Assembly (NCBI GenBank): GCA_963700635.1
Contig: CAVOYH010000003.1
Location: forward strand, 1,728,001 to 1,792,000
Direction of reading: 5' to 3'
DNA: 64,000 bases
From: an uncultured Bacteroidota bacterium
GTDB taxonomy: Bacteria > Bacteroidota > Ignavibacteria > UBA10030 > UBA6906
The translations under genes and the position numbers were made by a program. The number at the start of each line of letters is the position of its first letter. Positions within the stretch are counted from its first letter, which is position 1. The notes under the pieces were generated by a model. That model was given only the letters and a program-made list of their open reading frames with translations, did not search any database and had not been told where the DNA came from. Below are positions 10,901-20,149 of this stretch, in pieces.

Positions 10901-11897
10901 CATCGGCATCGTGTCGGTACCAACCCTGTTCAGGCAGGATGAACTTGAACGGAAGCTGATCGAACGCAATGCCGTTCTTTTCGGCATTTATGCTGTCGTC
11001 CTGTTGACCATTGTGATCGTGCTCCCGGTTCTTGCGCACCGGTTTGCCAGGCCGGTTCTTGAACTGACGGCCCTGGTGCGCGATGTCGGCCGCGGCAACC
11101 TCAATGTCAGCAGCCGGCTTCCCCGTGCAGAAGGGGAGATCGGTGAGCTTGTCAGGACATTCAATGACATGACGGAGGAGCTGCAGCGCAGCCGCGATGA
11201 TCTCGTGAAGGTCGAGCGTGAACTCGCCTGGAAAGAAATGGCGCGGCAGGTCGCGCACGAAATCAAGAATCCGCTGACGCCCATCCGACTGTCCATCCAG
11301 CATCTGCGGAGGGCATACCTCGACAACGCACCGGCGTTCGGGCAACTTCTGGACCAGGTGAGCAGAACGGTCATCGAACAGATCGACACGCTCAGCCGGA
11401 TTGCGTCGGAATTCTCGAACTTCGCGAGGATGCCGCGCAGGCGATTGGAACCGGTGGCCGTGCTCGACATCGTCCATGAGGCGGTCGGGCTCTTCATGCA
11501 GGACACCGCGGTGTCCTTCGCCGTCAGCGCTCCTGAAGCGTTGCCCGTGCTGGAGGCGGACCGGGAAGAGCTCCGCAGGGCTTTCATCAATATTCTGAGA
11601 AACGGCGTTCAGGCGATGAACGGCCATGGGACCATGACGGTGACCCTGAGCCGGGCGGAGGCCGGAGTGCAGATCCTGTTCAGGGATACGGGGCCGGGGA
11701 TTCCGGATGAGGTAAAGACCAAGCTCTTTCAGCCGAATTTTTCAACAAAAACTGATGGGATGGGGCTAGGCCTTGCCATCGTCAAGAAGACGGTCACAGA
11801 CCTTGGTGGGGAAGTGTGGATTGAGAGCGAGGTCGGTGCCGGTACGACCGTCGGCCTTGTGCTCCCGGCTGGCGGCCAGGATGAGGGGAGCCGATGA
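7986..11897 (+). CDS. Large multi-TM sensor histidine kinase, NtrY-like (HAMP-HisKA-HATPase)
   Basis: AWKEMARQVAHEIKNPLTP H-box, NILRNG N-box, DTGPGI, GMGLGLAI; many TM segments. Confidence 0.93.
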   Translation: MIPGMSDRWQRLVRHRRWRDAVVIGSCCALLGIAHVAEWFTIRHFENQGEAERDRKTSEYLDAAVREFGQMQRTARRIGVEVGQHPDVLRYLSGETTERLSLFEAAAHAVSVSSVGIEIYDAAGDLVAWAGSGGSGGRREVLIALDGQMISLVSHSAVSSQLFVAVPLRHAARILGVVVVRQTIEVASPLRNRFLGQGGITERVSEALGVRVRYWYGPESPPLQDSVWVKAPLFGIDSSRVGTVGVRHLAPTALVGRVSALFDRVIAALECLLLVALAFPIGRVLFLRPPVVIRMMMLTGLLWGVRYLLVFLDAPARAIGTEIFQPLIYASTFGAGLARSAGDLTLTVGTLCANVFLIFRLLKGYLVTPPPGRHPGVSRIIPAAILTVVLFFLLRGYGATVRSVLFDSALTIGDPAILLPSLPMALLLLNGIALAWCLGAVSLATSGFLARFLGKNGLVLVALLVAVVAVCMGYIQSEPLTTLLHRLVFGGAVLGVLWILSTGRGLPSGKPAVAHFFGVTALSAVILLPLLDQQTGERDRGKIETFAAEVLRPVDGWLKFIVEEALYQMVSPPSAEEDPGHGASGYALQAWARSAACREGYSSVFELLDADGNDVSRFAIGGQAGVAQQVAYSIPLDTVGVIRMKSIGDGVSAVRVYGGTVPVWDSGGRYAGHVRVTVAAGEQQLFRGDNPAVLRGTSRETLESFYRPVTIAEYRDGLILRSTNPEFPFTRVLPVSIREELKTLRPPMAWIDETIGGTGYETFYALRGSHGSDIIGLSLERRSLLLRLVAMAKVGAVYAVLLLGLLALVAARGYLRGQRYRPGFRDRLLAAMVLTALLPLVVLLIYSQNDVRERLLETMSLRLDDQTAAIGQDIAGIGEHADASSELELRADRVELIASNAGTDFNLYVDNMLRISSRPELYAAGLLDARISGEAYAHVVLGGKRFHVETENIGLFRYAVGYRPVLDAAGGIIGIVSVPTLFRQDELERKLIERNAVLFGIYAVVLLTIVIVLPVLAHRFARPVLELTALVRDVGRGNLNVSSRLPRAEGEIGELVRTFNDMTEELQRSRDDLVKVERELAWKEMARQVAHEIKNPLTPIRLSIQHLRRAYLDNAPAFGQLLDQVSRTVIEQIDTLSRIASEFSNFARMPRRRLEPVAVLDIVHEAVGLFMQDTAVSFAVSAPEALPVLEADREELRRAFINILRNGVQAMNGHGTMTVTLSRAEAGVQILFRDTGPGIPDEVKTKLFQPNFSTKTDGMGLGLAIVKKTVTDLGGEVWIESEVGAGTTVGLVLPAGGQDEGSR

Positions 11898-12640
11898 TCA
11901 TCCATCCCCCCCTGTTTCTCCCTCACCGACGTATACTGTGTGGGATGAGCACGAGGCTCGGCGGACAAACCGCGGGGCCGCTCGGCATGAACCTTTCCTT
12001 CGCCGTTGGCGACGATGAGGAAGCGGTGAAACAGAACCGGGAGACATTTTTCGGTGCGCTGGGGATACACCAGGACGATGTGGTCTTTATGCAGCAGGTC
12101 CATGGAACACGTGTGCTCTCCGTGGCCGCTCCCGCCGGGGGGGAACGTGCCGACGGAAGTGTCACGTCGGTCGAAGGGGTGTATCTGAGCGTCACGGTGG
12201 CTGATTGTGTTCCTCTTTTTCTTGCGGATCCGGATGCACCGGCAGTGGGAGTGCTTCATGCGGGATGGAAGGGAACTGTCGGAGGGATTGTCCGCGAAGG
12301 AGTGCGGACCATGATGACCGTGTCGGGTGCGCGAGTTGATCGCCTCCTCGTTGCCATTGGCTCATCCGCAGCCCGCTGCTGCTATGAGGTTGGACCGGAG
12401 GTAGCAGACGTGCTTCCTCCGTCGTGCGTGACGCGGGATGGCAGCCGGCTGCTGGCCGACCTGAAGGAGGCGAACAGACTGCAGCTGGTTGATGCGGGCG
12501 TTCCCGAACGAAACATCACCGTTGACCCCGCATGCACGATTTGCGCTCCCGGGATCTTTCATTCCTACCGCCGCGACGGCGTGCGTTCGGGCCGCATGAT
12601 GGGCGTCATCGGCATCCGGCCCCTGTCCGTCCACGGTTGA
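11894..12640 (+). CDS. pgeF: PgeF/YfiH family purine nucleoside enzyme (laccase-domain protein)
   Basis: QVHG, ADCVP, HAGWKG, CCYEVG, SYRRDG motifs. Confidence 0.92.
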   Translation: MIIHPPLFLPHRRILCGMSTRLGGQTAGPLGMNLSFAVGDDEEAVKQNRETFFGALGIHQDDVVFMQQVHGTRVLSVAAPAGGERADGSVTSVEGVYLSVTVADCVPLFLADPDAPAVGVLHAGWKGTVGGIVREGVRTMMTVSGARVDRLLVAIGSSAARCCYEVGPEVADVLPPSCVTRDGSRLLADLKEANRLQLVDAGVPERNITVDPACTICAPGIFHSYRRDGVRSGRMMGVIGIRPLSVHG

Positions 12641-12698
12641 TTTCCGACGCTGATTTCCCTATGTTATGGCTTCATCAAGACGAACGGAGGGGTGTACC

Positions 12699-14535
12699 GT
12701 GTGCGGAATCGTAGGGTATATAGGCCAGAACAACTGTGTCCCCGTGATCCTGGAGGGGCTGCGGCGGCTTCGATACCGGGGGTACGACTCTGCCGGCATG
12801 GCCGTACTTCACGGGGGCGAGCTTGTCGTGCGGAAGACTGCGGCAAGGTCGCGGATCTCGCGCGGCTGATCGGGAACGACGACGGCTCCATGTCCAGCAC
12901 TGTTGGCGTCGGTCACACGCGGTGGGCAACGCACGGCGAGCCGAATGACGTCAATGCGCATCCTCACTGGGACCACAAGCGGCAGATCGCGCTGGTGCAC
13001 AACGGCATTATCAGAACTATCTCGCCATCAAAACCAAGCTCCTGCGGGACGGCCACACATTTCTCGGCGATACCGACACGGAAGTTCTTGCGCATCTTGT
13101 CGGTGTGATGTTTGACTCCTGCGGCGATCTGACAAAGGCGGTCCGGCTTGCCCTGGCGGAGGTGGATGGGACGTACGGGATCGTCGTTGTGTCGCCCCGT
13201 GTTCCCGGACAGATTGTCGCCGCGCGGAAGGGGAGCCCGCTTCTTGTCGGTGTCGGGGACAACGAGAACTTCGTTGCCTCGGATGCGTCGGCCATTGTTG
13301 CCCACACCCGTCAGGTGTTGTATCTTGATGACGGAGAGGTTGCCGAGATCACCGGAGTCGGTGTTCGGACGATGACGATTGATGACGTGGCGGTCGAGAA
13401 GCCCGTGCATCAAGTGACCCTTGAGCTGTCGCAGATCGAACGGGGAGGGTTCGATCACTTCATGCTGAAAGAGATCAGCGAGCAGCCGGAGACCATACGC
13501 AACGCCATGCGCGGGCGGTTGCTGGTGGACGAGGGGGACGTGAAGCTGGGGGGGCTGGAAAATATCCTCGGGCGGTTGCTCAGTGCGCGACGGATTGTGC
13601 TGACGGCATGCGGCACGTCGTGGCACGCGGCGCTCGTGGGAGAGTACATGCTCGAACAGATCGCACGTGTGCCGACTGAAGTGGAGTACGCATCGGAGTT
13701 CCGGTACAGGGATCCGATTATCAATATTGATGACGTGGTGTTTTTGATCAGTCAGAGCGGGGAGACAGCCGACACGCTCTCGGCGATGCGCGAAGCAAAA
13801 GAGAAGGGGGCCACGGTCCTCGGCATCGTGAATGTTGTCGGGAGCACGATTGCCCGCGAATCGGATGGGGGCGTCTACGTCCATGCGGGTCCGGAGATCG
13901 GCGTGGCCTCCACCAAAGCGTTCACCTCGCAGCTCACGGTTCTTGCGCTCATCACGATTCTCATCGCGCGAGCGCGAGGGATGGCGCGCGAACGGGGGCA
14001 GGTGCTTGCGCGGGAACTGGCAAGCCTGCCGGAGAAGGTGGAGCATATTCTGGCCCATACGGAGGCGATCAGGGCGATAGCGGAGGAGTTCAAGAATGTC
14101 CGCAATGTGCTCTATCTCGGACGCGGGGCGAATTTTCCCGTGGCCCTTGAAGGCGCATTGAAGTTGAAAGAGATCTCCTATGTCCATGCCGAGGGGTACC
14201 CGGCGGCGGAGATGAAGCACGGTCCAATTGCGTTGATCGACGAAAACATGCCCGTGGTGTTTGTCGTGCCGCGGGACGGAATCTACGAAAAGGTGATCAG
14301 CAATATCCAGGAGGTCAAGGCCCGCAAGGGGAGGATCATCGCGGTCGCGAATGATGATGACACCGAGATTGCGAAGATGGCCGAGTTTGTCATCAGGGTT
14401 CCCAGGACGTATGGGTTTTTCGGCCCCATCCTGAACATCATCCCGCTGCAGCTTCTTGCATACTATATTGCAGTCGGGCGTGGCACAAACGTTGACCAAC
14501 CTCGGAACCTGGCCAAAAGCGTGACCGTCGAATAG
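12699..14535 (+). CDS. glmS: Glutamine-fructose-6-phosphate aminotransferase (two apparent frameshifts, near 12843 and 13013)
   Basis: [30 protein letters not shown] and C-terminal [11 protein letters not shown] spread over three frames; single-base losses restore AGKV and IIENY. Confidence 0.93.
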
Positions 14536-14554
14536 CCCCCATCAAGGAGAACGC

Positions 14555-15388
14555 ATGAAACAGGACCAACGCTTCAAGCCGCATGACTGGGCTCTCGTGC
14601 TCGGGGCCTCGAGCGGGTTCGGCGGCGCAGCCGCCGTGGAATTTGCCCGACACGGGATGAATGTGCTGGGCGTGCACCTGGACCGTCAGGCGACGATGCC
14701 TGCGGTTCAGCAAATCATCAAGGAGATCAAACATCTCGGGCGCGAGGCCGTGTTCTATAATATGAACGCAGCTGATGCCATCAAACGTGTCGAGACGCTT
14801 GACGACATCCAGGAGCGGTTTGCCGGGAATTCGCACAGCACGATCAAGGTGCTTCTGCACTCGCTGGCATTCGGCACGCTGAAGCCCTTCATTGCGAAAA
14901 AGATGGACGATGCCGTCACCCAGGCACAGATGGAAATGACACTGGACGTCATGGCGCACAGCCTCGTCTACTGGGTACAGGGACTTCTGTTGCGCGACCT
15001 GATGAAGAAGGGGGGGCGTGTGTTTGCGCTCACCAGCTCCGGAGGCCATACGGTGTTGCCGAGCTACGGTGCGGTCTCGGCGGCGAAATCCGCTCTCGAG
15101 TCGCACGTTCGACAGCTGGCCATGGAGCTGGGCCCGCTGGGCATTACGGCGAATGCGTTGATGGCGGGCGTGACCGATACGCCGGCCCTCAAGAAGATCC
15201 CCGGTTCAACACGCATGCTGGAAGTCGCACGCGCAAAGAACCCGGGCGGCCGTCTCACCCTGCCCGAAGATGTCGCGCGCGCAATGGTGCTCCTCTGTGA
15301 TGAGGGCGCCGGCTGGGTGTCAGGGAATGTTATTGGCGTTGATGGCGGTGAAGATATTGTCAGTTTCGTCGGACAGAAAGGTCTATAG
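14555..15388 (+). CDS. SDR oxidoreductase, FabL/FabI-like enoyl-ACP reductase
   Basis: GASSGFG; YGAVSAAK (Yx6K spacing of enoyl reductases); GVTDTPAL. Confidence 0.8.
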   Translation: MKQDQRFKPHDWALVLGASSGFGGAAAVEFARHGMNVLGVHLDRQATMPAVQQIIKEIKHLGREAVFYNMNAADAIKRVETLDDIQERFAGNSHSTIKVLLHSLAFGTLKPFIAKKMDDAVTQAQMEMTLDVMAHSLVYWVQGLLLRDLMKKGGRVFALTSSGGHTVLPSYGAVSAAKSALESHVRQLAMELGPLGITANALMAGVTDTPALKKIPGSTRMLEVARAKNPGGRLTLPEDVARAMVLLCDEGAGWVSGNVIGVDGGEDIVSFVGQKGL

Positions 15389-15391
15389 CGT

Positions 15392-16537
15392 ATGCCATTG
15401 TTTCAGTTCACCGAAGAGCAGATCATGCTCCGCGACATGGTGCGGGAATTTGTGAATGCGGAGATTAAACCCATAGCGCAGAAAATCGACGAGGAGGAGA
15501 AGATCCCCCGGGAGCTCATTGACAAGATGCGCGACCTCGGGCTGATGGGGGCGGCGTTCCCGCCGGAATACGGCGGTGGTGGATTCGGTGAGATGGGGTA
15601 CTGCCTGATGCAGGAGGAGATCGCACGCGGCTGCATGTCCACCGCGACGTTCATGGGAGCCCATCAATCAATCGGCGCCAATGCCATTTACCTGGGCGGC
15701 AACGAAGATCTCAAGAAAAAGTATCTGGTCCCTCTCGCTGAGGGGAAGATGATCGGTGCATTCGCGCTGACGGAAGTGCTGGCCGGTTCAGACTCCTTCA
15801 ATCTCCGCACCCGTGCGCATCAGGAGGGCGATGAGTGGGTGATCAACGGGGAAAAAATGTGGATCACCAACGGGGCCCTGGCCGATGTGGTATCGTTGTT
15901 CGCACGGACCGAACGGGGGATCACAGGGTTCGTCGTGGAGACCAAGACGCCGGGGTATCATGCCGGACCGTCGGAAAAGAAGATGGGGATTCGCGGGAGC
16001 GCGACAAATGCCATCACGCTGGACAATGTCCGCGTGCCGGCGTCGAACATGATCGGTGCCGACGGGCGGGGGTTCCTGGTTGCGATGAAAACCCTGGATG
16101 CAGGGCGGCTGGGTCTGGGCGCGGCCTGCACAGGTGCCGCGAAAGAACTGCTGGAGAATTCGACGCGGTTTGCGAAGGAGCGGAAGCAGTTCGATGTCCC
16201 GATCGCACAGTTCGAGGCGATTCAATTCATGCTGGCAGATATGGCGGTGATCATCTATGCGATGGAATCCATAGTCTACCGGACCGCAATGGCGTACGAC
16301 GAGGGAAAACCGATCTCCCGGGAGTCCGCGACCGTGAAACTCTACTGTTCCGAAGGGCTTGATCGTGTTGCCGATATGGCCGTGCAGATCCATGGCGGGA
16401 TGGGATATTCCCGGGAACTTCCCATCGAGCGCTACTACCGGGATTCCCGTATCAACAGGATCTTTGAAGGGACCAATGAGATCCAGAAGGTCGTGATTTC
16501 GAGGGAAGTCCTGAAGCGCAACGGCCGCCTCACCTGA
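15392..16537 (+). CDS. Acyl-CoA dehydrogenase
   Basis: FALTE.AGSD, NGEKMWITNG, QIHGGMGY, IFEGTNEIQ. Confidence 0.95.
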   Translation: MPLFQFTEEQIMLRDMVREFVNAEIKPIAQKIDEEEKIPRELIDKMRDLGLMGAAFPPEYGGGGFGEMGYCLMQEEIARGCMSTATFMGAHQSIGANAIYLGGNEDLKKKYLVPLAEGKMIGAFALTEVLAGSDSFNLRTRAHQEGDEWVINGEKMWITNGALADVVSLFARTERGITGFVVETKTPGYHAGPSEKKMGIRGSATNAITLDNVRVPASNMIGADGRGFLVAMKTLDAGRLGLGAACTGAAKELLENSTRFAKERKQFDVPIAQFEAIQFMLADMAVIIYAMESIVYRTAMAYDEGKPISRESATVKLYCSEGLDRVADMAVQIHGGMGYSRELPIERYYRDSRINRIFEGTNEIQKVVISREVLKRNGRLT

Positions 16538-16562
16538 GACCTGCCTCATTTTCACACCAATG

Positions 16563-16598
16563 AAGCCCTCCGGCATCCACATCGGAGGGCTTTTGTTT
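16563..16598 (+). terminator. Intrinsic terminator
   Basis: AAGCCCTCCG / CGGAGGGCTT followed by a T-rich tract. Confidence 0.85.
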
Positions 16599-16599
16599 C

Positions 16600-16628
16600 T
16601 TGACCTTCTCGACGAATTGGGCTACAAT
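16600..16628 (+). promoter_or_regulatory. Sigma-70 promoter of the hexuronate operon
   Basis: TTGACC-17 bp-TACAAT. Confidence 0.75.
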
Positions 16629-16650
16629 GAAAATATTTGAAGGCCCACCC

Positions 16651-17934
16651 ATGCAGCAACCTGCAGAAGCTTCTTCATCCCATCCGCGCATCGGCAACTT
16701 CCGCTGGACCGTCTGCGCGCTTTTGTTCTTTGCGACCACGATCAACTACATCGACCGTCAGGTGCTGGGGATTCTGGCGCCGACCCTCCAGAGGGAAATC
16801 GGCTGGAGCGAGCTTGAGTACGGCTATATCGTCACGGCATTCCAGGCGGCATACGCTCTCGGGCTGTTGTTTGTGGGACGGCTGATGGATCTTGTCGGCA
16901 CGAAGCTCGGCTATTCCATTTCCATGGTTGTCTGGAGTATCGCGGCGATGGCCCATGCCCTCGCCCGTTCCGCCCTGGGCTTTGGCATCGCGCGTTTCGC
17001 CCTCGGCCTGGGTGAGTCGGGGAACTTCCCGGGCGCCATCAAGACCGTGGCGGAGTGGTTTCCAAAGAAGGAGCGTGCTTTTGCCACCGGGATTTTCAAT
17101 GCTGGGTCCAACGTCGGCGCAATTGCCGCACCGCTCATTGTCCCCTGGATCACGATCACATATGGATGGTATGAGGCGTTCATCATTACCGGTTCAATCG
17201 GCTTTGTCTGGCTCATCTTCTGGATTCTCCTGTACGAGGTCCCGCAGAAACACAAACGGCTTACGAAAACGGAATACGACCATATCCACAGCGATCCTCC
17301 CGAATCGCTCGCGAAAGTTCCGTGGATGAAGCTCATGACCTACCGGCAAACCTGGGCATTTATGATCGGCAAATTCCTCACCGATCCGGTCTGGTGGTTC
17401 TACCTGTACTGGGTCCCGAAATTCCTGAACAAGGAGTACGGGCTCACGCTCGACACGATCGGTCCGCCATTGATCGTGATCTATCTCGTTGCCGACGTCG
17501 GCAGCGTCGGGGGTGGATGGCTTTCCTCCGCGCTGATCAAACGCGGTTGGACCGTCAACCGCGGACGGAAGACAGCTATGCTGATTTGCGCAGTTAGTGT
17601 CCTTCCCATCATGTATGCATCACAGGCGGATTCGCTCTGGCTTGCCGTTGGTTTGCTCGGTCTCGCCACCGCAGCTCACCAGGGATGGTCGGCGAATCTC
17701 TTCACGATCACGTCTGACATGTTCCCGCGCAGGGCGATCGGTTCTGTCGTGGGTCTTGGCGGGATGGCCGGGTCGATCGGAGGGATGCTTATCGCCACCG
17801 CCACAGGTCTGATTCTCGAACTTACCGGGAGTTACATGGTGCTCTTCGTTCTGGCGGGGCTGCTGTACCTGACCGCCCTCCTGGTGATTCAGTTGCTTGT
17901 CCCGAAGCTGGATACCCTGGCCCTGGAATCCTAA
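16651..17934 (+). CDS. exuT: MFS hexuronate transporter (ACS family)
   Basis: INYIDRQ, GESGNFPGAIK, EWFPKKERA, DPVWWFYLYW, HQGWSAN; precedes uxaC. Confidence 0.88.
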   Translation: MQQPAEASSSHPRIGNFRWTVCALLFFATTINYIDRQVLGILAPTLQREIGWSELEYGYIVTAFQAAYALGLLFVGRLMDLVGTKLGYSISMVVWSIAAMAHALARSALGFGIARFALGLGESGNFPGAIKTVAEWFPKKERAFATGIFNAGSNVGAIAAPLIVPWITITYGWYEAFIITGSIGFVWLIFWILLYEVPQKHKRLTKTEYDHIHSDPPESLAKVPWMKLMTYRQTWAFMIGKFLTDPVWWFYLYWVPKFLNKEYGLTLDTIGPPLIVIYLVADVGSVGGGWLSSALIKRGWTVNRGRKTAMLICAVSVLPIMYASQADSLWLAVGLLGLATAAHQGWSANLFTITSDMFPRRAIGSVVGLGGMAGSIGGMLIATATGLILELTGSYMVLFVLAGLLYLTALLVIQLLVPKLDTLALES

Positions 17935-17958
17935 GCGATCACCTGACGGAGAACAGCC

Positions 17959-19368
17959 GTGTTCATTCATGAGCATTTCCTCCTGGAGAATCGCCGTGCG
18001 ATCGAGCTGTTTGAGAGATACGCGCGTGATCTCCCGATCATCGACTATCACTCACACCTGCCCCCCGCGGAAATCGCTTCGTCCCGGAAGTTCGAAAACA
18101 TGACGCAGATCTGGCTTACCGGTGATCACTACAAATGGCGTGCGATGAGGGCCAATGGTGTTGATGAGCGTTTGTGCACGGGGGATGCTTCGGATTGGGA
18201 AAAGTTTGCCGCGTGGGCTGCAACTGTTCCCCGAACCCTGCGCAATCCCCTGTATCACTGGACACATATGGAGCTCAAGACGCCTTTCGGCATCACCGAC
18301 GTTCTGCTCAACCCTGATACGGCGCAGCAGGTGTGGGATCGGTGCGGGGCGCTGCTCGGGGAGGATGATTTTTCCACGCAGGGAATCATCCGTCGAATGA
18401 GAGTCAAAGTCGTCTGCACGACTGACGACCCGACGGACACGCTGGAGCATCACCGGCGGTTGGCCGGGCAAACCGGCGCGGGGTTCGTCATGGTCCCGGC
18501 ATTTCGCCCTGACAAAGCGCTTGCCATCGACCAGGGGACCGTCTTTTCTGCCTGGATCCAGCGGCTTGCCATTGCAGCCGATATGGCAATTGTCACGTAT
18601 GCCGACCTGATCGACGCGCTGCACAAACGGCATGCGTTCTTCCATGATGCAGGGTGCCGTCTCTCCGACCACGGGCTCGAAACCATCGTTGCCGACCAGT
18701 ACACGGAAGCCGAAATCTCCTCGATTTTCCGACGCGGGTTGACCGGTGTATCCCTGACGCCCGACGATGTCCGGAAATACAAGTCGGCCCTCCTGTACGA
18801 GTTCGCCCTCATGGACCATGCACGCGGATGGGTTCAGCAGTACCATCTCGGCGCCCTGCGCAATACCAACCCCAGGATGTTTCGCCTCCTCGGACCGGAT
18901 ACGGGCTATGATACCATCGGAGACTTCGAGATGGCCCGTCCGCTGGCCCTGTTGCTGGGACGGTTGGATGAAGCCGGGTCGCTTTCCAAGACGATCCTGT
19001 ACAACCTCAATCCGCGCGACAACGAACTGCTTGCCACGATGATTGGCAACTACCAGGATGGGTCTGTCCCGGGCAAACTGCAGTTCGGGAGTGCATGGTG
19101 GTTTCTGGACCAGAAGGAGGGGATTGTGCGGCAGCTGAATGCCCTTTCACACCTCGGGCTGCTCAGCCGTTTTGTCGGTATGTTGACCGACAGCCGGAGT
19201 TTTTTGTCGTTTCCGCGTCACGACTACTTCCGACGGGTATTATGCACACTGCTCGGTGATGAGATGGAACGCGGGTTGATTCCGGATGACGTGTCGCTGG
19301 TGGGCCCCATGGTCTCCGATATATGCTACAACAATGCAAAGAGCTATTTCGATTTTCCCGAACCATGA
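17959..19368 (+). CDS. uxaC: Glucuronate isomerase
   Basis: IIDYHSHL, GDHYKWRAMR, CTTDDP, GSAWWFLDQ, GMLTDSRSFLSFPRHDYFRR. Confidence 0.97.
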   Translation: MFIHEHFLLENRRAIELFERYARDLPIIDYHSHLPPAEIASSRKFENMTQIWLTGDHYKWRAMRANGVDERLCTGDASDWEKFAAWAATVPRTLRNPLYHWTHMELKTPFGITDVLLNPDTAQQVWDRCGALLGEDDFSTQGIIRRMRVKVVCTTDDPTDTLEHHRRLAGQTGAGFVMVPAFRPDKALAIDQGTVFSAWIQRLAIAADMAIVTYADLIDALHKRHAFFHDAGCRLSDHGLETIVADQYTEAEISSIFRRGLTGVSLTPDDVRKYKSALLYEFALMDHARGWVQQYHLGALRNTNPRMFRLLGPDTGYDTIGDFEMARPLALLLGRLDEAGSLSKTILYNLNPRDNELLATMIGNYQDGSVPGKLQFGSAWWFLDQKEGIVRQLNALSHLGLLSRFVGMLTDSRSFLSFPRHDYFRRVLCTLLGDEMERGLIPDDVSLVGPMVSDICYNNAKSYFDFPEP

Positions 19369-20149
19369 AAACGAACGAAAGACCATATGACCTCCACACC
19401 GATTCTTGAGGAACTGGCCCTTCATGCCGGCAGCGAAGTGGATGCGGGCGCCCTGCGCATCTCCTCAACGGAGCTGGTTCATGTCTATCCCCGGTCCATC
19501 ATGCGTAGGGGGAGGCAACGCTATATCTCGGCCGTCGTGCCGGGAAGAAGTACCTCTACGTCATTGCTGCCCAGAGCCAGCCTGCGCCGACGGAAATGTT
19601 TGAAGGCGACACCGTCAGGTCAGACCGCTTCAACGGCACCACGCTCATCCGGCGTCGTCCTGGACAGCCTTGCTCCGCGGTTTGTCGGGAATTTTGAGAA
19701 GGGGATCGAATACCGGGGCGATCTGGGCGCATTCGCGTCGGAATACCTGCGACATGCGGCAATCGCATCGGCCATGGGGCCGTACAAGATCAGCGTTCAT
19801 TCGGGGAGCGACAAATTCGCGGTCTACAAAGTCCTCGGACGCACCCCGGAGTTTCCGGTGCATATAAAGACGGCAGGAACAAGCTACCTTGAAGCCTTGA
19901 GGACCATCGCCACCGTGGACGGGAAGCTCTTCCGGGAGATTCTTTCCTTTGCGCTCGACCGCTTTGATGAAGAAAAAGCCAGCTATCATGTCTCTGCTCA
20001 GCGCGATGAATGATGCAGGCGGGCCGCGCTTCCGCGGCCGGATCGATGCAACCCTTGGAGAGCACGAAGCGGTTCATTATGCTCACCTCGTCAGGCATTT
20101 CGGGAAACATCTCGACCCGTTTTCGTCCTGGAAGGAGGATACGGTATGA
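19365..20149 (+). pseudogene. uxaE: Tagaturonate/fructuronate epimerase, internally deleted and frameshifted
   Basis: SLAPRFVGNFEKGIEY, YKISVHSGSDKF, HIKTAGTSYLEALR and terminal HFGKHLDPF present; span only 785 bp; central GDRLG/DADH region and RQVLHVTYG motif absent. Confidence 0.8.

Noticed and set aside
12641-12698. glmS ribozyme
   Set aside because: Only 58 bp upstream, largely occupied by a TTGATT/TATGTT promoter-like sequence; too short for the ribozyme core
12830-13030. Programmed frameshifting in glmS
   Set aside because: No slippery heptamer; two independent shifts would be needed and similar indels occur in unrelated genes
12964-14499. Long antisense ORFs (this one, also 38418-40022 and 60800-61996)
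   Set aside because: Shadow frames of well-supported genes in high-GC DNA; no recognisable motifs
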